20,000 nt of DNA from Neovahlkampfia damariscottae (Eukaryota), in contig JABLTG010000032.1 in assembly GCA_016618085.1 (NCBI GenBank), positions 116,883 through 136,882 of the forward strand. The letters are read 5' to 3'. Positions within the stretch are counted from its first letter, which is position 1. Every line of letters begins with the position of its first letter. Positions 1 through 10,304 of the stretch are shown here, piece after piece. The translations under genes were made by a program, and so were the position numbers. Under the pieces are notes generated by a model, which was given only the letters and a program-made list of their open reading frames with translations, was not told the origin of the DNA and did no database searches.

Positions 1-224
1 TCATCATACAAATATGAATCAACTGTATCATTAATATCTATTTTCATATATTCAAAATCAGAAGGATGAAAGTTATCCACCTGAGAAGTTACATTTAAAA
101 TGTGAGTCACATTCAATTCTTTCAGCAGTTCTTTATCCTTTGCGTGATATTTATCTCCTAAAAATAAAAAATCTTTTCCATCTTCATATGTTAAAATAAC
201 TGTTGGTTTTTCTTCATCAAACAT
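1..224 (-). CDS. Dual-specificity protein phosphatase, N-terminal part (runs off window start)
   Basis: Manual translation from ATG 224: MFDEEKPTVILTYEDGKDFLFLGDKYHAKDKELLKELNVTHILNVTSQVDNFHPSDFEYMKIDIND... This matches the DSP N-terminal pattern LFLG...L..L.ITHILNVT. The catalytic CX5R motif lies outside the window. Confidence 0.8.
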   Translation of the reverse strand, partial: MFDEEKPTVILTYEDGKDFLFLGDKYHAKDKELLKELNVTHILNVTSQVDNFHPSDFEYMKIDINDTVDSYLYD

Positions 225-325
225 GTTTTTGTTGTTTTTGATAACTTGTGATGTTCGATTGGTCAAATAATTTCAACCGTTTTCACTTCAATTTATTTTT
301 TGAATTCATAAAAAAAAAAAATAAT

Positions 326-1998
326 TTATTCTTTAAACAAATTGTCATCTCTATAAACTAATTTTTCAATTAAATCCGCAGTAGCTTTAGCTAATTGAGT
401 CAAAGCTTCCAAATTTACATTTTCAAGTGAATCACAAGGTTTATGATGACAAGGGTCAAGTTCTGCATCAGCAATGCCTTGAAACATATTTCTTTCTTCA
501 ATTGATTTGATATCTGTTGAACCTGCAGTCATTCCTCCAACAGGAATTCCAGCATTGATAAAAGGAACAAAATCATTTTGTGTCATTGAGTCCATTGGTA
601 AATTTTTCCATTTCTCTTTTTGTTTGTCAAAATAATTTCTATAATATTGTGATATCTTTGCACTAAATGGTCTAATTGCAGGATTTGAAGCAGTTCTACC
701 ATCAAAAATTCCACGAATGTAATTTGGTGAAGCAAGTGTATCAAGATTCACATAAGCAACAACAGAACTTGGATCAAATAAACTTGAAACATAATATTTT
801 GAACCAAATGAACCAACTTCACCAGCACCCCAAAAAGCAAATCTAACTGTAGAAATGTTTTTAATTTATTTTTTTTTTTTCAAACCTTCATAAGATGTAT
901 CAAGAGCAATACCCAAGTTAAAAAATTGAATAGCCATTTCTAAAAGAGCAGCAACACCAGAACCATCTAAAAAAAAAAATCAATTTTTTTTCAACACTTA
1001 CTATCATTTAAACCAGGACTTCCTGAAGATGAATCTAAATGACCACCGATAACAATCATCTTTTTTGATGGTTTTTCTTTTTTACCTTCATGAATTTTTT
1101 CAAAAAAATCACAAAAAACGTTGAACGTCCATTCCATTTCAATTTTTGTATCCCAGTGTAAATTTAAAATGACAGTTTTATCAATAAAATTTTCAGTCCT
1201 TAAAGTTTTACCAACTAAAAAAGAAACTGAAAAAACAGGTATATCAATAAGTTTTAAATCATAAGTCCATTCTTTAAAGTTGATTAATTGTTTTGTTAAA
1301 AGATTTCCTGATTCAGCTGTTTGTTGAAAGAGAACTCCTTTAACACCTGATTTTTGAGCGTTTAAACTTTTATCATATAAACTACAAATTGAAGTATCTG
1401 ATGATATAACAACTAAAGCATCTTTTGAATTTTCAAAGTCCGTCAAATTACAACCTCTTGCTGGAAGAAAGTCTAAAAATTTAAGTGAAGCAGTGATATT
1501 TTGATGTCCTTTTCCACCATAGTGCATTTGAAGAAAATCTATTTCATGTTTGTATTTTATATGAGTTGGTTTTATTTGAGTTAAACTTGGTTTGTTAATT
1601 TGCTCATAAACAGGAACTTGGAAATATTGTCTCCATATATTACATCTTTTTTTGTTCTCGTTGTATAAAGTTCTCATAACATAAAAAGCGCTTTCGTTAA
1701 AACCATGGTTAACACTTCTTCCAGGAATGGTCATTCGTTTCGCTATTAAATCTAAATTTTTGAGATGTACCTCTAAAGAATCACTGTGAATTACATTTGA
1801 CAGTGATAAATCAGGATTTCTAGCATAAAATAAAAGAGCTGTTGCTCCTCCAAGTGTAAATAAAAAAGCTATGAAAAAGAAAACACATGCTCCGTATGGA
1901 ACAAATTCTTGTATCTTTGGACATCGACTCGGTATTTCATATTCTTCAGAAAGAAGATGAAAATCCTCCATCGAGTTGTGTTTGTTTGATTCTTCCAT
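326..1998 (-). CDS. M28 family (aminopeptidase Y/S-like) peptidase with PA domain and N-terminal transmembrane anchor
   Basis: Three exons, introns 967-1001 and 847-885 (GT-AG). Motifs: GGHLDS, GLNDNGSG, FAFWGAGEVG, NLDTLAS, NDFVPF, DPCHHKPCD. PA-domain-like ARGC...NAQKSGVKGV. Hydrophobic segment near the N-terminus. Confidence 0.9.
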
Positions 1999-2146
1999 AA
2001 AATTATGATTGGATGAAAAAATAACACAACTCCAAAAGTTTTTCTTTTGAAAAACAATTTTATTGATTCATAAAATAAAAACTAAAAATGAATAAAAATC
2101 ACTTCAAAAAAAATCAACCAATAGTTCTTGTTTTTAACTCTAAAAA

Positions 2147-2427
2147 ATGTTTTTTCGTCCAGGTTTGAAAGTGAAAAGAAAAATTAACAGTTTTTAGTTT
2201 TGTCAACCATAAATTTAATTAAACATCAAAATTTCAAAAATTTGTTGAACAATCAAGAAATGTCTTATGTTACAAATAAAAAAAGAAGAATTCGTAGATT
2301 TAAAAGAAAAATGATAAAAATTCAAGAATTTAGAAAAAAATTTAATGAAGAAATGGATTTATTAGAAGCAGAAAATTTAAAATTAAAAAATGAAAATCAA
2401 ACACAAACATCAACTCAAGCAAATTAA
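2147..2427 (+). CDS. Small basic/coiled-coil protein, possibly mitochondrially targeted
   Basis: ATG 2147 plus a 35-nt GT-AG intron 2163-2197 joins MFFRPV in frame to the ORF at 2200. K/R-rich stretch NKKRRIRRFKRKMIK. CCAAT at 2118. Confidence 0.55.
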
Positions 2428-2553
2428 AATTGTTTTTTTTTAATTTTTGGATGTTGTGTGTTTTAAATTAATTTAAATTTCTCAAACATTTTAGTGAAAC
2501 AAAATGAACAACTGATATAAACTCTTTCGTAAATATCTCCGATTGGACAAAAC

Positions 2554-3059
2554 ATGCGGTTAAAAATTTGTGCATTGCTGCTCTTTGTCTGTATTGTCCT
2601 CACAAACTCCATAAAACTATATCCATCTGAAAAAGTAATTCATGGTTCTGGATACTTATACATCGCAAAATCTAAAATACCAAACAGTGGAAAAGGTGTT
2701 TTTACAAAAAGAACTTTAAAAGAAAATCAACTTGTTGAAGAATGTCCTTTATTACTAGTAGAAAAATCAGTAATGAAAACAAAACTTGCTGATTATGTCT
2801 TTTTACCAAAATATCAAGACAAAAAAAAATATAACGTTTTAGCTCTTGGTTTCTGTTCAATGTATAATCACCATGACAATGCCAATGTTTATCGGAGGTA
2901 AACACATTTTAAGATTAAAATATTTTTCATAGACAAAGTAAAGATATGACCATGATGTATTATGCAAGTAGAAAAATAAAACAAGGAGAAGAATTGTTCA
3001 TAGATTATGGTCCAAATTATTGGAGTTCAAGAACAATGAAAAAAGAAACAAAAAATTAA
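2554..3059 (+). CDS. Single-domain SET lysine methyltransferase (vSET/bacterial-type) with N-terminal signal peptide
   Basis: Intron 2898-2932. Motifs SGKGVF, LVEECP, ALGFCSMYNH, GEELFIDYGPNYW. N-terminus MRLKICALLLFVCIVLTNS. Confidence 0.9.
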
Positions 3060-4558
3060 ACTTTACACCATTTGATTAATGTCAATGCTAAAATTTCAGC
3101 ACATTGATAAATTTTTTCAATTTCAATTGATTCATCTTTTTGATGTGCCAATGATGTTTCTCCTGGACCGAAAACAATTGCAGGAATGCCATATTGAGTT
3201 AAATAACCACCTAATTATGTTATAATTTTAATGAATTTTGGTTAAATTACCGTCAGTTCCCCATGGAGAAGCTTCAATGATTGGTTTTTCTTTCATGACT
3301 GTTTCATAAGCATTTGATAAAGTTTTAACAATATCATGATGAACATCAACACCACCAGGAAGCCAATGCGCACCCCAAAATTCTAATTTTAATGGGTTTT
3401 CTTTAATCCAATCATCATTGATGGTCAACAAAGCTTTTCTCAATTGTGATCTTGCTTCATCCATTGTTTCAGAAGGTGAAACTCCTAACTGAAATTATTG
3501 TTAGAAAACAACAAATTTTTACTCTTCCTTCGAGTATGACATGATCAGCTACTGAAGAAGCCCATTGTCCACCGTAAATTTTTCCAATATTTATTGGAAT
3601 TGGAATTGGCAAATGAGCAAAGAGAGGATCTTCTTTTCTGATTTTATCATTTCTTTCTTTTTCTAATTCTTGTATTTTTTTAATCACCAAAACACTCTTT
3701 TCAATGGAAGAAACACCATTATATCTTGTTCCACCATGAGCAACTTTTCCAAAAACATGAATTCTGAACCATGTTGAACCCTGTGTTAAAAATAAACATT
3801 AGATAAAACTTACTTGTTGTTTTGGAAATATTTTCATATTGGTAGGTTCTGGGATTATAGCAGCATCAGCTTTATATCCACGTAAAACAGTTGATAATGT
3901 ACCTGCTCCTCCTGATTCTTCTTCAACGACAGATTGAAATATAACATCACCTTTCAATTTGATACCTAAATCTTTCAATATTTTCAATGCAAGATATGAT
4001 GAAAAAACACCTCCTTTCATATCAGTCGAACCTCTTCCAAAAATTCTTCCATTTTCAATTTTACCACTAAATGCATCATCAGACCATTTTGCTTCTCCTT
4101 CAGGAACAACATCAACATGTCCATTTAAAATAACTGAAGAAAACTTTTCTTCTTTTTGTGAAGCATTGATATCAATGTGAACATTTGTTTTACCAGTTCC
4201 TTTTAAAATAGCAACAATATTTGGACTGTTTTTGAAAGAGTCTCTGTTTGTTTGAAAAAATTCATTTTTTTTCATTTCTTCCAAATCCATTTCATACTCA
4301 TCAACTACAAGACCTAAATCTAAAAGTTCTTGTTTCATTATTTGTTGAATTTTGTATTCATCTTTTGAAAAACTTCTTTGTTGAATCCAGTTTTGAAGTG
4401 TTTTTAAAGTATCTCCTTTTTTTAATTCTGCAACATGGTTTTTTATTTTTTCGGAATAATTCTGAAAGAGTTTGTGAGTTTTTAAATGGAGTTACAGTTT
4501 CTTTTGAATTCACAAAAAACACAAAAAGAAATAAAATTAAGAGTGATTTTGAGTACAT
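3056..4558 (-). CDS. M20A ArgE/DapE-family deacylase (Bacillus YodQ-like) with signal peptide
   Basis: Introns 4462-4495, probable in-frame 4152-4193, 3781-3813, 3489-3522, 3211-3250. Motifs [49 protein letters not shown]. Confidence 0.92.
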
Positions 4559-4775
4559 GCTGTTGGTTTCGAACAAACCGACAAAATTTGACCAATAAAA
4601 CAGCTTTTTCAATTGACAAAAAAAATGTCAGCAAGTACAGTTTAGAATCATCTTATTCATGTGAATTAGTTGAAGTTTTGTTGTTGGTCATCATATGCTT
4701 CCTAATTTCAAACAAATGGATAAAAATTTGGAGATGAAAAAAAAAGAAAAATTGTGGTTTGTGATTTCTGCAATT

Positions 4776-6417
4776 TCAATCAAATTTTATTTTTCTCTTT
4801 CTCAAAACAAATGGATGATTATATTTTGGAGATGAAGTGATAAAACTGACTTCTTCTTCATATGTTGATGAATCAATTCCTTCTTTGAGATGAATAGAAT
4901 ATTTTTGAATGATTGTTGCAAGAATCATTGTTGCTTCTACTTCTGCAAATTTTGATCCAATGCAATTTCTCTTTCCGTAAGAGAATGGAATATAACCTTT
5001 AGGATGTGGACTTTGAATGAATCTGTCAGGTAGGAATTCAAGTGGATTTTCCCATAATTTTTCATCTTTATGATAGCATGCCATCAACAATTGAAACACA
5101 GTACCTTTTGGAAAATCACGTCCGCCTAAAGTTGTTTTTTGTAAACTTTTTTTGACAGTTTGTTTAATAGGTGAATGAAGTCTCAAAACTTCTTTGATTG
5201 TTGATTGAGTATATTGTAGTTTTTTGTAATCATCAAAAGTACCATTTTTATCTTCAAGTATCTCACTAACTTCTTTGAAAACTTTTTGTTGAATCTTTGG
5301 GTTTCTTGAAAGCATGACCATTGTCCAATGCATGGTACTAGCAGTTCTGAAAAATTTTTAAAGATGATTAGTTCCTTACGTTTCATGACCAGCAAAGAAG
5401 AAAATAAACATGTTTGATATCAATTCCATGTCGGTAAATTCAACACCTGTTTCACCTGCTTGTGATTGCACCATTAATTTGACCAAACTGTCATTCACAT
5501 CTTCATTTGAGTTGTCTTCTTCTAAATTCTTCTTGCATTTTTGCAATATGAATCTTGCATATTCTTCAAAGTCATGGACAGAATTCATTTGTTTTTTGAA
5601 AAATGGCAATTTAAGAAGTATCTTTGGGGCAAAATTGTGAAAGACTAATCCTTCAATCAAATGCATTAATGAATCAACAAGTGTCATTCCCACATTTTTT
5701 GGAATTTGATCAGATTCGAATTTTCCAAGACTCAATTCTTCCAATGCTTTTGTTTCATATCCAAAGACAGAAGTTGATAATATATCCAAAGTCAAATTAG
5801 TGAATGGTTTTCTGAACAAAAAGTTAGAATTTTAAAAGATATTTACTTCAATGCAAGGTCAGAAACATCATTTTTGACGAATAAATTAAGCATTTTGTTT
5901 GTACATTGTACAGTTGAATCGCTCACATGTCTTAAATAGTTTTCTTGCATGAATATTGGATTGAATAATATTCTTTGATGTTTCCATTCATCACCAACTG
6001 ATGCCAACATATTTGGACCATAAGGTTTTAAAATACGATACATTTCCAAAGGTTTAGTGTAATTTTTCGATTTTTGAATGCAAATCTCTTGGACCAAGTC
6101 AAAATCACTTTTTGAAAATAATCAGTATGTGTCTAAACCTACCAAACTACAACAAATTTATGAAAAGAAACTAAAATGTAGACAAAAGGGGTTTTGAATC
6201 TTTTTGATGTTTCAAGAATCAGTCTTTCTTGTTCTTTGGTTGAAGGTCTTCCAAAAAATTCAGAAAAAGGCATTCGGGGATGGCAAAAATGAGCATAGGC
6301 AATTGGTATATCTTCTGAAAATGTCTTGTAATAAAGTATTCTCCATGAGATGTACAAATAAGTAAAGTATGCAAAGACAGCGAGCACAGGCCAGGTGATA
6401 AAATTAATCAAGAGCAT
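4776..6417 (-). CDS. Cytochrome P450 (copy 1)
   Basis: Introns 6108-6142, 5812-5846, 5347-5379. I-helix AGHETT, K-helix EVLR, PDRF, haem motif FSYGKRNCIG, N-terminal TM anchor. Confidence 0.95.
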
Positions 6418-6544
6418 TGTTTGACCAATCAACAATCTTCCGAATCTTTAAATAAAACTTCGGATAATTATTTTTCCGTTCTATCTCCAATCCAGGAAAA
6501 ATAAATGCACATTATTTTTGAAAAGAAAAATACATTTGAACAAT

Positions 6545-8153
6545 TTAATGAATTCTTTTTCTCAAAATGAAAGGAAGATCATGTTTTGGTGTTGAAGTGA
6601 CAAACGAAGTTTCTTCTTCATATTCTGAGGCATTAATTCCATCTTTCAAATGAATTGAATAATTTTGAATCAACGTTGCAAGTGTAATAGCTCCTTCAAC
6701 TTCTGCAAACTTATACCCAATACAATTTCTTTTACCATACGAAAACGGCATATAATGAGAAGGATTATGCTCTTTCAAGAATCTTTCTGGTTGAAACTCA
6801 TATGGATTTTCATAATATCTTTCATCATAATGAATTGCTTGCATGTGAGATTGAAAAATAGTTCCTTTTGGAAATACTCTTCCACCAATGGTTGATTTTT
6901 CAGTATTTACCTTCACAGTTGCTTTAACTGGTGTATGCATTCTTAATACTTCTTTTAACACTGCTTGGGTGTATTTCAATTTTCCATAATCTTCATAAGT
7001 GGCATCTCTTCCTTCCAGAACTGAAGCAACTTCGTGATGAAATTTTTCTTGAGCTTCTTGATTTCTTGCAAGTAAAATCATTGCCCAATGCATTGTTCCA
7101 GCGGTTCTACAAAATATTAAATTCAAATCTAAAACTCACGTTTCATGTCCAGCAAAAAAGAAAATGAACATATTTGAGATCAGTTCTTTATCAGATAATT
7201 GTCTTTCTTCACCATCTTGAGATTTTACCATTAACTTTACTAAGCTGTCATTAAGATTATCTTCAACTTTATTTTTGCGACATTTTTCTAAAATGAATTT
7301 CATGTACTCTTGAAAGTCATGAACTGAATTTTTTTGTTTTTTGAAGAATGGAAGGTTATAAATGACACTAGGTAGAAGCAATTTCATAACTAACCCGTGA
7401 ATTGAATTCATCAAAGCATCAACTAAAGTCATTGAAACAGTAGATGGAATTTCACCATGTTTGTATTGGTCAAAATCAATAGGATCCAAACCATTGGTTT
7501 CAAAACCGAAAACAGATGTTGACAAAACATCCAAAGCTAATTTCTTAAAAGGTTCTCTTTTGAATTTTTAAATATATTTGTTCAAACCTTAATTGGACTT
7601 CATTGACGGTTTCTTTTAATTTCAGTGACATTAATTTTTTTGTGCATTTGACAGTTGAGCCACATACAAATTTTAAATATGTTTCTTGTGTAAAAACAGG
7701 GTTGAATAGAACTCTTTGATGTTGCCATTCGCTTCCAACTGAAACTAAAACATTTGGACCAAAAATATCCAATAATTTGTATATTTCTATCGGTTTCAAG
7801 TGGGTTTTTGATTTTTTGATGTTTATTTCATGAACTGAGTCAAAATCTCTTTTTGTTTTTTAATTTTTTTTTTTTTACGTCACAACCACAAATTTTTTGA
7901 AACCTAGCAAACAACTGACAAAAGGTGTTTTGTATTTTTTTGAAGTTTCAATGACAAGCTGTTCTTTTCTTTTTGAAGAGTCAACACCAAAGTATTCACC
8001 ATACGGAGTTTGTGTGTGGAGAAAATGTCCATAAGCAAGTGGTATTTCTTTGTCATTCAACATAGAGTAGTATATTATTCTCCATGAAAAGTATAAATAA
8101 CCAACGTACAATAAAACCAGCGTAATCAGCACCAACACAACAGTGAGTAACAT
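6545..8153 (-). CDS. Cytochrome P450 (copy 2, tandem paralogue)
   Basis: Introns 7849-7878, 7557-7587, 7107-7139 at the same positions as in copy 1. Motifs AGHETT, EVLR, PERF, FSYGKRNCIG. Confidence 0.95.
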
Positions 8154-8321
8154 TTTTCAACCAATCAAATTGTAAGTTCAAAAGACAGAACTGAAATAAT
8201 TTCTTCAGATGAAATGGAATGTATCAGTGCAGAAAGCAAAAAAATGAAAATAAACAAAAAAAAAAATGTTTTAATAGATTCTTGGATCCTATTTGGATTT
8301 TGGTTTGTTTTACTGTTTAAT

Positions 8322-8645
8322 CTACAAAACATTGAAAATTGATTCATCCCATTGTTCATGAAGTGTATCCATTATGGCATCAAGAGAAATTGGTTTTGAT
8401 GAAATAAATCCTTTTACATCTATCATCTTTCTGGCAATTTTTTTCTCATCCCTTTTTATTGTGACTGTTTCTTTTATCTTCAGTGTTGGTTCTGAAAGGC
8501 TTCGTTTTTCGGGTATAGATTCATCTAAGTCAAACTTCAGGGTTTCCAAGCATGGAGAAGAACCACTTCTCTTTTTCTTTTTCTTTTCCAAGAACTTCTT
8601 GTACTCACTGAAGGAAGAAAACCTTTTACTGTTGAGCTGCATCAT
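8322..8645 (-). CDS. Hypothetical small protein (poly-K, Ser-rich)
   Basis: Open frame from ATG 8645 with ATTGG at 8676 in the usual promoter position. No recognisable domain. Confidence 0.5.
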   Translation of the reverse strand: MMQLNSKRFSSFSEYKKFLEKKKKKRSGSSPCLETLKFDLDESIPEKRSLSEPTLKIKETVTIKRDEKKIARKMIDVKGFISSKPISLDAIMDTLHEQWDESIFNVL

Positions 8646-8779
8646 TTTTTTAGGTACAAATGACAAAACTGTTTTATTGGTCAACAATCAGAATCAAACT
8701 TAAAATGGACAATTTCCAAAAACAATGCTCATTGACCTGAAAAAACAAAAAAATTTTCAATCAAATTTTATTCATTCAT

Positions 8780-10067
8780 TTACATGAATTCACTTAAATC
8801 ATCAAATTCATCATCGTCTTCATTAATTTCTTCTTCTTTTTCAACAATTTCAATGAATTCAATTGGTTCTTGATATTGGAATTTTAAAAACGCTCCTAAA
8901 CCACCAAATCCTTGCAAGAATTGTTTTCCTTCAGAAGTTGAATCAGAAATGATTTCAACTTTCAAATCATCCCTTTCAATAAGATAATCAACCAAAAATT
9001 GTTTTTCTAAAACACCTTCTGAAATGGATGCATTTTTGAGTTTTTCTTCATTTTGATAAAATTTAACTCCATCTTCTGTGACAATACGAACTGTTTTTAA
9101 ATTTTCTGAAAGAACAATTTTTGAAGTAATTCCCATATCAATTAAATTCATTGTTTCTTTGACTCCAAAAATAACTTTTGAGGTGTTTAAAGCAATTTCT
9201 TTCATAAAATCATTGATTAGATCAATTTCGAAATTGTATTTGTGATTTTCAATTGATTGTGAAGCCATATCAATGGCAAGTTGAAAACCAAGTTCTCCAC
9301 CATATGAAGTATCAAGAATCTTTTCTGAAATGATCTTTTGAACACGTTTATCCAAGTAAGGTAGAAGTTTATATTTCAAAGGTCCACAGCCTGCTAAAAA
9401 GATACAAGCAACATTTGGAACATCATTTTTGATGAAAACTTTGGAAGCAGATTCTGAAACCTTTTTTAAATAAACATGTCTTGCTTCTTGAGTAATTCTA
9501 GCGAATCTTGTTGCAGATTGACCTCCTTTGTTGTGTTTCCGAGGTAAATTTGGATCTTTAAGGTGTAAAATGATTTCTTTTGCACCTCCATTAACTTTTC
9601 CGAAAAGAGTTCCATCTCCATTGCAAATAATAAATCCATAACTTTTTTCAGATGATTTTAATTGTGTTTGTAAACTTTCAACATGAAATCTGTTGTCACA
9701 AAGGTAAAAACCTGACTTAATTGGAAGCATTGGTTCAAAAGCTAAAGCAATTTTCTTTTCTTTTCCTTCTAGTTCCACTAAACCACAGAAAATTGCTAAA
9801 CCATTCTTTGGCGGTTTTTTGTAGCCTTTTAAGAGACCTATAGTGGAAGTCATTGCTGTTTTAACTGCGTTTCGGTTAAATACACGACTTGATGCGGTCA
9901 ACAGTGCTCAATTTGTCAGAGAGTTGACTAGCCATTTGAATAGTTGAGCCAGTTGGTGAAATCAAGAGTGAAACAACAGAGGTAGCACCTGATGTGCCTT
10001 CAGCGTTTTCTAAAGTTTCTAACATTCTTTTGTATTTGAAGATTTGTTTTTTTTCTTCGGTATGCAT
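8780..10067 (-). CDS. eRF1: Eukaryotic peptide chain release factor 1 (eRF1) paralogue, intronless, split by a +1 frame change at ATT-TAA-C (9881-9875)
   Basis: Frame 0 from ATG 10067 (63 aa): IFKYKRMLETLENAEGTSGATSVVSLLI...STVDRIKSCI*. The +1 frame continues NRNAVKTAMTS...PPKNGLAIFCG...FEP...YLCDNRFH...LPRKHNKGGQSATRFAR...SYGGELGF...EGKQFLQGFGGLGAFLKF to an acidic tail. Joined length is 428 aa. Confidence 0.93.
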
Positions 10068-10096
10068 TTGTTTGAGTTTGAGTTTGAGTGAATCTG

Positions 10097-10101
10097 ATTG
10101 G
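10097..10101 (-). promoter_or_regulatory. CCAAT box 30 nt upstream of the eRF1 ATG (one instance of a window-wide motif)
   Basis: CCAAT/ATTGG also occurs at 258, 2008, 2118, 2542, 4592, 6425, 8161, 8676, 10730, 11391, 13544, 15033, 15134, 15143 and 18022, nearly always within about 40 nt of a start codon. Confidence 0.65.
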
Positions 10102-10304
10102 AAATTCAACTCTATTTATAGTTCCAAAACTCAATTCCAAAATTGAAGTAGAAAAAAATAGTAGTAGGGGTCTATGCTCTTTTTCAGCGACTAAATTTTG
10201 GAATTCAAAGACCCTTAAAATTCCAGTATAAATCCAACCACCAATCGCACTCAACCACAACAAACATACAAAACAACCTTCTCCACGTAAATCAAATAAA
10301 TGGT

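Noticed and set aside
3959..8703. Plus-strand ORFs 3959, 4248, 4486, 5410, 6665, 6931, 8374
   Set aside because: Antisense shadows of well-supported minus-strand genes, mostly with non-ATG starts.
9856..9883. 28-nt GT-AG intron (GTATTTAACC...AAAACAG) that would remove the eRF1 stop and restore frame
   Set aside because: The length is feasible (a 28-nt intron exists at 11792-11819). However, it would delete NRNAVKTA, which matches the conserved NRLSVLGA helix, it is more GC-rich than the other introns, and it contains an earlier CAG. Disfavoured, but not excluded without cDNA.
9878..9901. The +1 frame reads TASSRVF just before NR, resembling TAS...SRVNR
   Set aside because: Using it needs gaps and loses IK, whereas frame 0 aligns without gaps up to the stop. 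Treated as coincidence; the TTG start at 9901 is not a credible eukaryotic start.
10000..10263. 87-aa ORF overlapping the eRF1 start, and an (ACTCAA)3 microrepeat near 10070-10090
   Set aside because: The ORF has a TTG start and no recognisable domain, and it crosses the promoter region. The repeat is too short to interpret.
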